Made by a program: the position numbers and the translations under genes. The notes under the pieces were generated by a model. It was not told where the DNA came from. It ran no database searches and saw only the letters and a program-made list of their open reading frames with translations. A stretch of DNA of 63,557 nt, counting the filler, from Ministeria vibrans ATCC 50519 (taxonomy: Eukaryota > Protista > Filasterea): NCBI GenBank assembly GCA_943704425.1. It is 8 parts of 8 records of this genome, joined end to end, with 100 filler letters (N's around TTAATTAATTAA, not from the genome) between each part and the next. Parts side by side here need not be neighbours in the genome. Positions count along the whole stretch, not along the records: positions 1 to 24,244 come from CALSCP010000234.1; 7 more parts are not named here. One strand, 5' to 3'. Every line of letters begins with the position of its first letter. Within the stretch, counting starts at the first letter, position 1. This document shows, one piece after another, positions 1-13,180 of the stretch.

Positions 1-36
1 TTTAAAAAAAAAAAAAAAAAAAAAAAATGGCTTTAC

Positions 37-236
37 CTTCCAAACGGCCCCACGCAGTTCCGCTGGAAGAGCCCGATTGCGACAGAGACGCCGAACTGAG
101 TCACTATCAGAATGCGGACTACTGAGCTCCGCTTTGAGTTTGTCGGCCCTAAAATGAAATTAATGCCAAAATGAGTTCAAAAAATGATTGAAACGGCAAA
201 GCGTCGTGTGCAAAAGAAAGCGCACCAGTCAGTCAT
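37..236 (-). CDS. TBC1D23: TBC1D23-like Rab-GAP-fold protein, N-terminal two exons (gene runs off the window start)
   Basis: ATG at 236, exon 226-236, GT-AG intron, exon 37-148. Spliced: MTDWADKLKAELSSPHSDSDSVRRLCRNRALPAELRGAVWK, resembling the TBC1D23 N-terminus (W..DL..AL...D...LR.....R.LP..LR..VWK). Not in the ORF track. Confidence 0.6.
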
Positions 237-405
237 GGTGGAGGTTAAAACTGGTATCGCAAATCACAGTGATCACAATCAATAAAGACAAGTAGAGTGG
301 TAAGATAAAGAATAAGAAATAAGTTAAAGATCAAGATTAACGGAAGATTATCATTTTTTTTGAAGCAAACAACGATACGCTACGCATTGACCCCGTTGAA
401 TCCGA

Positions 406-3400
406 ATGATCAGCAGAGCGCATTTGTGGCTCGCCCCTCTGCTGCTTCTGGCTTTCGATGTTCAGGGGCAACCGCAGCAGCTGCGCAACATCTTCAACGA
501 GATCGAAACCACAACGACACGTCCGTCCGCTCGCTTTGGGCACAACATGGCCAGCTTTGCGGGCGAGTCGGTGATGTTTGGAGGCTTCAATTCAACGCTT
601 TGTAGGGGCTCCTCACTCACGCACTCACTCACTCACTCACTGACTCACTCACTCACTCACTCACTCACTTTGAACGTCACATCTGCCGCTTCTCCTTAGA
701 CGCCAACGTCCACCTCAACGCGACCTACCTCTACTTGCCAGTGACCTCGCTGTGGGAGGAAGTGACCACGACGGCCGCGTACACGCCTCACGCGCGCGGC
801 TACTTCTCCTTCACGGCTGCCTCGGCACCCTTTGCACCGCTCGGCTGTGCCGTGCTCTTTGGCGGCCTCTACCTTGGCAGCGACAACGCCGCCGTTGCGT
901 TCAATGACTCCTACCTCTTCTCCTATGCCACGCTCGACTGGGTGCCCTTCGATACGGGCACGCAACGTCCGCTGGGCCGCTACGCCCATACCATGGTCGT
1001 TGCCGAGACTCCCGAATTTTATCTGTACGGAGGAGTCACGGTTGACAACCAAATGCTCGGCGACCTCTGGCGTCTCACTCTAACCTCTGAGAGCACTGCC
1101 ACCTGGACTCTTCTCTACAACGTGGACAGCGCCACCACGGATAATATGTTGTACCGCATGTCGCCAGGCGGCTTTGCAAGGCGTCTCTTTCTCACATCAA
1201 GGCAGTCCAGTGGTATTCCCGGCCTCCAGGCACTACCCTCCACTAAACCCACACCACAACAGACGGTAACATCAAACAACAGCACGACCACTTCACCGTA
1301 CCCTCGCCACGGCCACGTCTCGGTGCTTCTCGACAACTGTGTGTACGTCGCGGGCGGCATGTCAGCGCCCGGCCAGTGCACCGTCGCCGGTATCCATCTT
1401 GCCGACGTCTGCTACGATCTGTGGCGCTACAACTTGACAGCAGCCGCCATGGCCGGCGCCGCCAGCAACCAATGGGAGCTGGTCCAGACCATTCCGATCT
1501 ACTTGCCCATCTCAGTCTACATGATGACTGCCATTGCCACACAGACCGATGCCTTTCTCATCCTTGGCTTCACACAGTCTGCCCTCTACAATGTCATTCT
1601 CAACGTCAACATCACCTCGAGCACCTTGCAAACCTTCTCTCACTATCCCACCAACCGCGAACATCGCCGTCTTGATGCCATCTCCGCCTCGTCCTTCTCC
1701 CAAGTCCACAACCAGAATGTCCACATCATTTCCTTTGGAGGGTAAGTTGTATCTTGAAACACACATCAACATTTTTGATTATTTTCTTTCTCTTTTTTCC
1801 AACTCCTTCACTCTAGTCTGTCTGTGGACGACATCCAGACGCCCCTGAACGATACATGGGCACTGGCTGTTGACGGCAACATTGCCGTGTATACCAACGT
1901 GAGCCCACCTCCGACGTCTCCTCCCTTCTTCGAGACGGCCGGCGCAACCCTCACTCCGCTGGGTGTCATTGAAGACATGGGCTTCTATGTGTTTGGTGGT
2001 CAGTCGACACAGTCTGTTGTTAGCGGCGAAATGTGGCGGCTGTCTTTGCAGTCGTTTGTGTGGGAGCGCCTCGTGCGTCAACAGCCCGACCGAATGTACA
2101 CTATTGGTCCGTCGTCACGCATTGCGCCTACCGTGTCGGTATTTGGGCCGCGCAACGAGTCTTTTGTGCTATTTGGTGGTGCCCCTAGTGTTCCCTATGT
2201 GATGTACTCGGAGACTTGGGTGCGTGACTGTGTCTCCTTTTCTCTACTGTGACTGACTTTTTGTTTGTGCAGGTGTTCAACTCTTCCGATGCCACTTGGC
2301 TTGAAATTCTTCCCGCTCAGCGGCCACCCGGACGCTACCAGTACGCAATGAAGACCATCGAAATCTCCATATATATCGTCCCCTCAACCCCGCTTTTCTT
2401 TGGGTTTTAGTCACGTGGCCGTGCGCACTGCCGTGGACCAGTTCTGCATTTTCGGGGGCGAGCGAGTGAATCACACGACGGGTGAAACAGTCTACCTAGA
2501 CGATACCTGGTCGTTTGAGGGCACAGCATTACGACCTCCGACAGGCAACTGGGCTCCCGTTGCTCTAACAGGTGTACATCCACCCGCACGCGCTTACACC
2601 ACTTTTGTGTTTAGTGAGCTTTTTCGTGAAGCTTTTCTCTACGGCGGAAAAGTACGAATGGCCTTTTTTGAACTTCGTAAAGTTATTGAGTGGTTATTTT
2701 GTTATATTATATTGAAGGGACCGTCTTCGCCGGAGGGTATGAAGGACGTGTGGCGACTGAGAACGGTCGTCGGTCCTGACGGTGAGTCGCAGATGGAATG
2801 GGAAGAGCTCGATATCATCACAACACCCAGCATGCCGACTGCCCGCTACAACCAGGCTGCAGTCATGCTGGGCACCAAGATGTTTATTTACGGTGGACAG
2901 GCACGTCACCTTGTTTCTCTCTGTCTCTATCATTTTTTTTCTTCTTCTCACTCTTCCCTCTTGCATATTTTAGCGGACTGACACAACCACAGGCATCACC
3001 TACGTGTATTCGGACCTGTGGTCGTTTGAGGTCGTGGTTCGTCGATGGGAGTTGCTGTCGCCGTCCACAAGCAGCAGCAGTACACCGCCCCCCAGCATCA
3101 CGGGCGCCATTGCAGGCACACCCAATGGCGAGACTTTTATTGTGTTTGGGGGACTGCGTGTGAGTGACACCAATGCCGATTCGCCCGGTCCCTTTGGCGT
3201 CATTCATCCAGGCTGCTCGCCCGGTTACTTCTCCGTCAAGTTCTTTTCCACCCTTTGTGAGATTTGTCCATTGGGAAGCTACTCAGCGAATGCCGGTCAG
3301 TCAGAGTGCAGTGATTGCCCCGGCGATTCCTCCACCGTGTCCCCTGGTGCCAGCTCGATCAGTCAGGTACAATCGAGTAGTACATTCGTTGTCGAGCTCT

Positions 3401-5214
3401 GAACCTTACTTATATAATATAATAATTTATAATATTATAATTATTATTATTGTTTTTGTTTGTTTGTTTCTGTAGTGCACAGTTTGTGCGCCAAATGCGT
3501 GTCACCATGGCGAATGCACCCTGGCTGATGATTTCACGGCGACATGCGACTGCAATGCCTTTTACCTGCGCAGCGACAACTGCGCCATTCCCAGTGTTGG
3601 CATTGCCATTGGTTCTGTCTTCTTTGCCATTATCCTGATCGTCGCCTTCGTCTGGTACTTGCGTCGCTCACAGCGTCTCAAGGTCTCCTATGAAGAAGCC
3701 TACCATCTTCTGGGCATTTCCCGCCACGCACTTGCCGAACGCGACGAAGAACTCAAAAGGTGTGTGCGACGCATTCTCGTCAAATCTCACCATTTTTTGT
3801 TTTCACTCAGGCTACGCCGACTGATGATCAACGAATCGCAACTGCAGAATCTCGAGAAGATCAATGCAGGAGCGTACGGTGAAGTGTACCGTGCACGCTG
3901 GACCACCCACACTGTGGCAGTCAAATTCCTCAAGGTCGCCGTGCTCGAGTCCGACGCAGGTCTGAATTTTAATTTTGTGTTTCTTTCTTGGAGGGAGGTT
4001 TTTTTTTAATTTTGCATTTTTACAACTATATTATATACATTAATAACTATTATTGTGTTTATTATGTTTAGTGTCAGAGATTGAGTTTGCATCAGAATGT
4101 CAGATTCTTCGGTATGTGAAACAAATACGAAAAAAAACAACGTCAATTGCTGACACGACGATATTTGTGTTTGACGGTGCAGGTCGCTGAAGCACCCCAA
4201 CATCCTTGGGCTGTGGGGCGCTGGCCTGCGTCCCCATCTCAACACTCCCTTCCTCGTCACTGAGTACTGCGAACGAGGTTCGCTGCGCGATCTTCTTGAT
4301 GTTCCCGTGCAGTCGGAACCGCTTGGTTGGCGCTTGCGCGTGCGTTTTCTCTCCGACATTCTCATGGGAATGGTCTTTTTGCACAACCAGAGTACGCGGA
4401 GTAGCAAAACAAACATTCACCCACCATAGTGGGCTTTAGATTTTGTCTTGTGGTGACAAACTTTGTTGTAGATCCACCAATTTTGCATCGAGACTTGAAA
4501 GGCAGTAACATTCTTGTGACCGAGAACTACACCTGCAAAATTGGAGACTGTACGCTTACTTTTTATTAGTTTATTAATTATTACATATTTTTGTCTCATC
4601 CACTTTATATCACAACTTTTCGTGTTTCATTTGATAGTGGGCACTGCGAAATTGCTGCGATCACTGCGAAGACGAGCGCAGAGCTCGCAAATGAGTGACA
4701 TGGGCGACGTGGAGTTGACCGCAGCTGAGACGGAGGTCCCAGTGTTCTGCGGAACATTACAGTGGATGCCGCCCGAGGGACTTGACGGGGTCTTTGACGG
4801 CAGCATGGCGGGCGACGTGTACGCCCTTGCAATTGTCATTTATGAGATTGTCACACGTCGCTTACCCTACTTTCACCTTGAACATGTAAGTTCCACGCAC
4901 ATCTCTTGTCTATTTATTTTTTGACCTGCTTGGTTCGTTTCCTGAAGAATTCATGGCAACTGGAAGAGCACATTTGCGACGGAGGACGGCCTATCAAGCC
5001 AGACCTTGACTCGCTCTCGCCGGCGCCCGTGCAGCAGATTGTACGTGTGCTCATGCACATCTGTGAGCATTGCTGGCAGCATGAGATGACCGACCGCCCC
5101 ACCATGGAGAATGTCCGTGAGCAGATCGAGACGCTCTCGCTCGTTGTGCGTGACTGGCCCCATGACTATCTCTCCGAGGTGCTTTATTTCGAGTTTCTAA
5201 CCTCTGACGCGTGA
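406..5214 (+). CDS. Multi-exon receptor-like Ser/Thr (TKL) kinase: signal peptide, many Kelch-like repeats, Cys-rich/EGF-like module, TM helix, kinase domain
   Basis: Signal peptide MISRAHLWLAPLLLLAFDVQG. Repeated Kelch signatures (PSARFGHNMA..VMFGG, GRYAHTMV..LYGG..LGDLWR, PRHGHVSV..VAGG, ARYNQAAV..IYGG). CEICPLGSYSANAGQSECSDCP Cys-rich repeat, TM at about 3590-3660, kinase motifs AGAYGEV, VAVK, HRDLKGSN, DLG, GTLQWMPPE, DVYALA. Confidence 0.85.
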
Positions 5215-5616
5215 GACGCGTGAGAGTGCGTTTCTCTATGCGGTTTATTCAAATTTGTACACAATATTACAATATTATACGCTTCATTCTCGCACTTGCT
5301 TTCGTAGCCGAAGTCTCATTATACGCTATATATAACAGCTGGTCGTGTACTCTCCTTGCTGCTCTATTCACATTCCCACATCTTGATTTGAAGAATTTTA
5401 GCGTGACTTGGCTTCCATAGAGCGTACTGGGCAGAGATGAAGCGTATGTACGAAACGTGTTCTTCAATTTCAATGCTTCCCACCAATGTAACTCATCAAT
5501 GTTGACTTTAAAACTTGAAACTTTGAAGGATACTGTGTCACTCAAACAATCCCCCCCAACCACAACCCAAAAGAAAAAAGAGTGAAAGAGTAATGAAAGG
5601 GGTATTCATTTTTACT

Positions 5617-5906
5617 TCAATGATGGAACGTGACCTCAAAGGTCTTGATCTCCATGGGCTTCAGGGTCACAGTGAGGTCGTTTGGCGCAGACTGAGAAAC
5701 GGCCTTAGGACCGGCGGCAGTAACACGAGCGGTGCTAAATGCACTGTCGCTGCCGGTGATCCACGACAGACGGTGAACGTTGGCCTCGGGCTGGTTGCCT
5801 GACAGGCTCAGCTCCACCGCGCTGCTGATGCCAATCGCTGAGAACAGCGTCCTACATATACAACAAACAGTGTTGGTATGAGAACGGAATGCCACATACA
5901 CACACC

Positions 5907-5940
<34 letters not shown>

Positions 5941-8900
5941 CACATATATANNNNNNNNNNGTTTGTAGGCCACGTTACCTCCATGGCGTGTTGGTCGATA
6001 GGAGATAGGCATACGAGAGATCAACGGTCGCCGGTGTGCTGTACTTGGCGTCCTCGTCGACGGCGTAGATGTGCTCAAGACGCAGCAGCGCCTCAGACGA
6101 GGAGCGCATTTCGAGCGTGAGCAGGTTCACATTAGGCGGGAGCGCCATTGCAGCGGCTGTGTAGTTGACGCGGTGGGTGCGGATGAACTCGGTCACATTG
6201 GTTGTGATGGGGGCAAACATGGCGCGCGGCTGAGCATATTTGGCAATAGCAAGGGGGCGATGCTGCGCAGCGCTGTCTGCGGGGGTGTCCAGAATGAGGT
6301 TGTGCGACAGCGACGTGACCAGTCCCAGACCGTGCAGTCCCGTCTCGTTCATAGGCTCGCCCACGCCACGGTGGTCGTCATGAAGAGTCCTGCAAAAGTC
6401 AGTGACATGTTAATACAAAACAAAAACGCAGAACGTATTATCATGCAATTCAATCATAATAAATACCGGCGATGAATCATGATTTCAAGCTCGCCCGGCT
6501 TAAGGGAACCGCCGCCACAGCTGCGGTCGGTGACGACGGTGAGCTGTGCAGCGGAGTCCTTGATGAAGGCGCGTGAGTTGATGGGGTAATAGTTGCCCGA
6601 GACGGGTTCGGTGACGTTGAGCTTCCATGTGGGGCGGAAGTTGACACGACGCTCCATCATTTCACGACCATTCGAATCGGTGTAGAAGGTATCGGCGCTC
6701 GCAATGGATGTCTTAAAGCGCGAAATGACCTCACGACCAATGCCATCCTGGAACGGAATGGGACCCACTGTCGTCTCAAAGGTCGCATGTGCGTGGTCCG
6801 GATGAAGGCGCACCGTCTGTACCAGCCACGGAGCAAACTCCTGTCGCACCTCCGAGACCACGCCGCCCGAGACAGTACTCTTGATGGTCGCCGTAGAGCC
6901 AATCTCCGTTGCGGTTTGCTCCGACGGGCGGAAGATGTACGCTCCAGAGGCTCTAAAACGAAAACAAAATAATGTAAAAAGTTGCAGATCTTTTTTGACA
7001 CTTGGGTACGTACTGGTCGTCCTTCTTGGTACCGGGAAAGGCGGTGTAGTAAAGAAATTGCTGGTCAATGTCGATCGCAACGTTCTTGTCCTTGTTGTGG
7101 GCGTGCTTGAGACGGCCCGACGTCGCGTCAAAGGTGAGTGCAATGTGCGCATTCTCGAGGACAGTGTCGTCCTTGGGGCCCTTGACAATCTGAGCGGGAC
7201 GCTCCTCCTTCCACTCGCCGCTGGGCTGTGCCGTGACAAAGTACGTGTTGTATCCGAGTGCGGGAAGGTGCATCTTGAAGACAGCTTCGTGTGTCGCGAC
7301 AGTGTCAACGAGCTTGTTGCGCTCCTGCGGCAGCTCCACCACCTGCGACACGACCTCCTTGCCCTGCTCGTTGAGCACCGACACGTGCGTGACGCCACGC
7401 TTAAGAGGCACATGGACATAGTGGTCGCGTTCCTGTGCCTGCGGGTTGTACACGACCACAGAGAGGGTCACGCCTGCGGCAGCACTCTCGCTCGCGTCGC
7501 AGATGCTCACATTGAGCAGTGGACACATTGTCAGAGGGACACCTAAAAAGGGGGTTCGAGTGTGAGTGTCACATGCAATCGTTGCATTAGTGGGCCTCTC
7601 GCACGTACTCCCAACCATAGTGCCCCAAGCACCCGTGACAACTTTCTCGCAGTTGGCCTGGCCAATCGCCAGTCGCTTGGCATAGTCAAACGCAACGTGT
7701 TGCTTCTCCGTGCCCGTCACCGCATCGTGATGTTGAGTCTACACGTAACCCATCGAGATTCTGATCGTATTCTACAACGTAAATTTTCGCTCCGTATCCG
7801 TACCACACCGACTGCCTCCTTGAGCGCACGGCTGGTCATGCCGGCCGGCACCTGCGCCGTATCAAAGATCTCCGTCTGACGACAAGTTTGCAAGAAGTCG
7901 TCCATGTCGCGCACGTACTTCTTGACGGCGACACGCGACACAAAGTAGCCAGTCCACATGCAATGCTCGCAGTCGCTGTACGGGAAGAAGTCGTCCGTCT
8001 TGAGCTCCCACTTGAGCTTGGCGTCGTTCTTCTGCTTGGTGTAGATGGTGGGCGTGCTGTAGAATACATTGATGCGCCCGTCTGCGTTCACGTAGTGAAT
8101 CAGCTTGTCGAGGTTCTTAAACCAAGTGTTGGCGTTCTCATACTAAAAAAGAATACGTGTATGAGATGGTGACAAAGTCTACACTTTACGTTACTTTTTT
8201 AATACCTCAAAATCAGAGCCCATCGTCATAAGAATGTGATTCGTGCGGTAGTTTGTCTGCTGGTCCTGTGCGGCCTTGACAAAGTCATCGACGCGGCTCT
8301 TGACGTTCTCGTCAAAGAGACGCGGGTCGTCCTGGATGGGTGCATCGCCACTGCCGCTGTTCCAGTTGAAGCCGTCGGGCGGGCCGTAACCGTTGGCGAG
8401 GACTCCAGTGAAAATGGCGTTGGGCAGTCCCTGCGATGCGCTACCTTGCCACATCTGCGAGTGGTGACGTTGTGTGAGTGTTTCGTCAGATGAATTGACA
8501 TGAAGAGTAGGGTGGTGTGTGTACCATTTCCATGCGCTGCTGCTTGAGACGCAGGTCCTTGTCCTGGTAGTCGATACGGCCAAAGTAGAAAGCGTCAAAG
8601 CCCATTGAGGCAAACAGCGACGCTTGCGCCGCACTGTGCCCAAACGGATCAATGTGCCACCCAATGGTGGGTGTCACGCCAAACGTTTCTTTCAGGAATT
8701 CATGCCTTTTTTTTTGATCAAGAGAAAGAGAAGAGAAGAAGGGGAATTAGTACACTTTCAAGTCGCTGTCAAAAACAATCACAAGCAAAGTACAACAATA
8801 CACCCCGCTCAGAACCACTTCAGCGTCTGTTTGTGCTTTTGTCTCACCCGATGGCCATGTTGTCAATGATTGAACGATAGTAGGTCGATGCTTCGTCGTT

Positions 8901-9659
8901 CATTGACCAGCCACCGTTGATAAACTCAAGACGTCCCGCTTCAACAAACCCCCGAACCTTGACTTGCATTTCAGGCGTCTGCAGCAAAAAAAACCCCCAT
9001 TCAAACATCAGTCAAGCAAAGGCCCTCCGTCGCGTCTGCACGTACCTGCTGCCGCCACCAGCGCAGAAAGAAGGCGATTTCGACGTAGATGAACTTGCGA
9101 TCAGGGTTGGCGTCAAGCGCGAGCATAACCGAGTCGAGAATGTATTGGACGCCGGCGCTGCGGAGCGGAAAGGCAAAAAGAGTCAACACAATGACACACT
9201 AACACAATCATAACACAACAAAACACAAATGGGAAAAGCAGAAGAAAAAAAAAACGAAAAAAACAGAGGAAAGAGAGGTGCGTACTTCTGAATGGAGTTG
9301 TTGGCACCCATGTAGTACTCATCGACAGTCTTGAGCCAGCCAACGTCGTCCTGTCGATGAGAGAGAAGCGAATGAGAAGGAGTTCAAAAAAAAAAAAAAG
9401 ATAAACCATTGGCACACTTGAAATTGCAGCAAAACGACGTCATTTGCTTACGTGAGTGTGTGCAACAAGATGGACGTTGAGCTACGTAGAATTGGGGGGG
9501 GGAGAAAGTAGAGGGATGAGAAAGAGAGAGAGAGAAGAGAGAGAGAAAGTGACACAATTGTACTTTGTCGGGAACAGGTCCGCCGCCCGTCTTGTACTTG
9601 TGGTTCGCTGGCATTGCATAAGCACATGCCAGGATCGCCATCAAGACCAAGAGCTTCAT
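5617..9659 (-). CDS. MAN2B1: Lysosomal alpha-mannosidase (GH38, MAN2B1-like), multi-exon
   Basis: Signal peptide [15 protein letters not shown]. Motifs [72 protein letters not shown]; ends [15 protein letters not shown]. Confidence 0.93.
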
Positions 9660-10088
9660 AATGGCAAAATTAGGGGAAAAAAAACTCTCAAAAAAAGTAG
9701 AAGTGAATAGTCTCATTGTCTCAAAAATCTCATTCGACCTTTTTTTTTGTTCTCCTCTCAAAGTAAGGCACTCCTATGGTTGTATTGGTTGATCCTCTAG
9801 ACCTTTCCGGGCGCATTGGCGTCATCCTCGGTGTTTTGAGTGCTTCTCATGTTCTCGTTGCGACTCCTCCACGAACGCCCCAATGAAGCAGCTCTTCTCC
9901 CTCTCCCAGGGCCGTCGGCATGCCCGATGCATCCTACCACCCATCCCTCTTTGCTGTTTATCGCCCCCTTTCTTCCTCGTGTGTCCTTTCAACATGAACA
10001 CTTTTTGCCTTTTTTTTTTCTTTCGCTCCACACACACTAACCCGCTCGTCTTTTCCTTTCCTCTCTCCCCTCGGCCACTCTTTGTAGC

Positions 10089-11123
10089 ATGTCTAAGCGC
10101 GGTAGGTTGCCCCAAAGCGTGTCGATGGATTGTGTGTACTGATTCGTCTCTTTTTTTTTTTTTTTTTTTTTTTTTGTACTCTTTCCTCTCTCTCTCTCCT
10201 CTTCCTCTCGGCGCATCCCAGCTCGCAAGGCCGGAGGTGCCCGTTTCAAGATCGCTCTCGGTCTTCCCGTTGCTGCCATCGTAAGCTCATTAACGTGTTT
10301 CTTTTTTTTTTTTTTTTTTTTTTCTGTCTCTGTCGTTTTCATTCCATTCGCTCTCCATCTCACGTCTGACTGTGCTCGTTTGCCCCCATTGTGTAGATGA
10401 CAGCGGCTGATAACAGCGGAGCGAAGAACTTGTACATCATGGCCGTCGCTGGTGTCCAGGGTCGTCTGAACCGGTAAAGAGAGAACGAGAGCAAGTTGTT
10501 CTTATATAAATTAATTATATCAACGTGTCTCTGACCTTTTTTTTTTCTTTTTTGTTTGTAGACTCCCTGCTGCCGGTGTTGGCAGCCTCGTCATGGCTAC
10601 GGTCAAGAAGGGAAAGCCTGATCTGCGTAAGAAGGTGCACCCCGCTGTGGTTGTGCGACAGCGAAAGACGTACCACCGAAAGGACGGAACCTTTATCTAC
10701 TTTGAGGGTAAGTCGTTTGTCATTTTATGTGGTGTGTATGTGTGTGTGTCTTCTCGATGATGATAACGTTCCATAAAACTGAGTCAAAAGTGCTGACAAT
10801 CCAGAACTTTTTAATATTCTCTTTCGGGGCTGATGGGAAACTCTTTGTCTTTTTGTTTTATCATTTGTCATTTGTTGCTTTTGTGTGTGCTTTTACTGAA
10901 TTGGATGTCATGGCATGTAGACAACGCTGGCGTGATTGTGAACAACAAGGGCGAAATGAAGGGTAAGCGATGACGAATGACAGCAGAAAAATGCAAACCC
11001 AAATCATTAAAACTCTTTTGGTCATTTGTTCTTTGTTTAGGATCTGCCATCAACGGCCCCGTCGCCAAGGAGTGTGCTGATATCTGGCCCCGTATTGCGG
11101 CCAACGCCCCCAGCGTCGCCTAA
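10089..11123 (+). CDS. RPL23: 60S ribosomal protein L23 (uL14), six coding exons
   Basis: Spliced exons: [107 protein letters not shown]. Confidence 0.96.
10751..10839 (+). ncRNA. Intronic box C/D snoRNA candidate in RPL23 intron 4
   Basis: C box ATGATGA 10757-10763, D' CTGA 10779-10782, C'-like GTGCTGA 10790-10796, D CTGA 10830-10833, terminal stem TTCTC (10751-55)/GGGAA (10835-39). Host is a ribosomal-protein intron. Confidence 0.75.
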
Positions 11124-11249
11124 GCCTCTCTCCTGCCCCTCCTCTCCTCCCCCTGTTCAAAATTACAGACAACTCAACTGTTAAAAACAACCATGTCTCT
11201 TTCCTATATTGTACATATCTTTCTCCCTCTGTGTGTATGTGTGAGTGTG

Positions 11250-12299
11250 CTATTCGCCGAGTGAGGAGTAGGTGGGCTGATGGCGTCCGCACGTGAACAC
11301 GAAGAGGACTCCGTCCTTGACGAGACCCGGCAGTGCCACCCACAGCGCCTTGTTGGGCACCAGCTCAGAGGCAGTCCGTGCCTCTGTGAACTGATAGCGG
11401 TAGGAGACGCCGCAGAAGACGTAGGTCACAAGGACAAGCTAATGGAAAGAAAACAAAAATGCAAGTGAGAGGGAAAAACACGATAGTATTGTCTCATCCA
11501 ATCTTTGTTGTGGCGTACGCAAAAGAGAACCATCATCCAGCTGCCTGCTGAAAGAGAACTATTGCCCGCTGAGGAGCCACCACCGCCAGGACACGCTGCA
11601 GTGGATCGCCAGAGGATGGTGGCGTCGCAGCTTGTTTCGGACATGAGGACGGGAGCCCCTGCGCACACGAAACAAGGGTCAAGATCCGTCCAAATGGCGT
11701 CGTTGTTGCGTACCAATCACTGTGCCACACTGGAAAATGACGCGTCCGAGAAAAGGCTGTTGTGTTGAGGCGACGCAGTATTCGGTAGAGGTGAAGACAA
11801 GATGGACATCGCCCGTCGCCGCATCGTACTCGGGATTGGTTGAGTATGGCCCGTAGCCAACAAGACCACTCTGGCCCGACGCCCCATTGTAGACTTGACA
11901 CAAGCCCGTGCCTGCCGGACAAGTTTGGTCGCTGAATGTGAGGGGCCTGGACAGAGAGAAAGAGAGAGAGAAAGAGCGGTGGATGAGCGCACAAAAACGA
12001 GTCGCATCATCCGCTGGGCCAAAGCGACAGAAAGCCCTCCTTGCCGCATACGTACCCGCAAATGTTCAGAAGGAACGAGAAGGACGCAGACGTCCCGGAG
12101 AAGGTGTAGTCAGTGGCTCCCTGTGGCCGTGATGGTCCGGTCAGGCGTTCATCTCCTTTTTTTTTTTTTTTTTTTTTTTCCGTACCGCAGCGAGAGTGAG
12201 AGACGATAAATCCACTGTTCCCCCTGGAGTCGACACTGAACATGCCGCGCTCGATAATCTCGCGAGCGCTAGCGTCGCTGCGACAAAGAGAGTAAGCAT
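11250..12299 (-). CDS. Mannose-6-phosphate receptor homology (CD-MPR/ATG27-like) type I membrane protein
   Basis: Signal peptide MLTLFVAATLALARLSSA. MRH-like Cys pattern (FLLNICG, CQVY, VIFQCG, SCDATILWRSTAAC), TM LSAGSWMMVLF..LVLVTYVFCGV, tail VPNKALWVALPGLVKDGVLF..TYSSLGE* with a YxxL sorting motif. Confidence 0.75.
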
Positions 12300-12462
12300 T
12301 GCTTCGTAATTTGTGTGATCACTGAATACTGATCAGCGTAACTCAATCTGTGAATTTACCAGACTGTCCAACAGCACTACAATTAAGTTCAAACTTCAAA
12401 CATTTTTTGTAGACTAATAGTCTTAGCGTATTTGATCTCTCAGGGGTCTCGGTGCGCCAAGA

Positions 12463-13145
12463 ATGGGAGACAGTGATGAACGGACAGATGAAAACGAGGC
12501 GCCCGCATCGGCACCTCCACTGACTGCCTCGAAAGCGTCTCGCACAGCCAATCTGCTGCCTCTCAGTCGAAGCGTCTCGCTGCAAGGCATGCCGATGGAT
12601 CAACAGTCGTAAGTGAGGCGATCCCTGCGGCCCTACGCGCCTCCCTCCGCCCAAATTGCCCCATCGCGATATTGTCGCTGTTGATAACACAAACTCATCC
12701 CGCATTGCCTCTCACGCGTCTGCTGCCCTGCCTAGCACGCATCCCTGTGCGCTGTTAAGCCCGTGTGGCTACGTACATCACGACTACACTCATGCCCTGC
12801 TGTTTTGCTCGCTGTACCGTTTGCGTACCGTTTGAGAAGAAGTTTTTTTTTTTTCTTCGTTCTCGCCACAACAAATTGAATCACGCACAACAGTCTGTCG
12901 ATCGCCTGGCGACGCTTTGGGAGCGTCAAACGGACTACTACTACATACTGATACTTGTGTCGCACAGCGATGCTGACGACGACAGTGCTGCTGTGTCTGT
13001 GAGCGACATGTCGATTGCGCGTCGAATGAGTCGCAAACGCCTTGAGTCGCAGTCATGTGCCGACGACACGCCGATACGAGAGCCGTCGCGTTTTGTCGAG
13101 GTACGTGTGTATACGTATGCACAGAGCTCCATTCTTACAGATCTG

Positions 13146-13180
<35 letters not shown>

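Noticed and set aside
3820-5150. Receptor tyrosine kinase
   Set aside because: The catalytic loop HRDLKGSN and GTLQWMPPE are Ser/Thr (TKL) type, not HRDLAARN/P.[KR]W.
10764-10778. snoRNA D' guide targeting U6 snRNA
   Set aside because: Only about 7 nt of complementarity (CGTTCCA); too short to claim.
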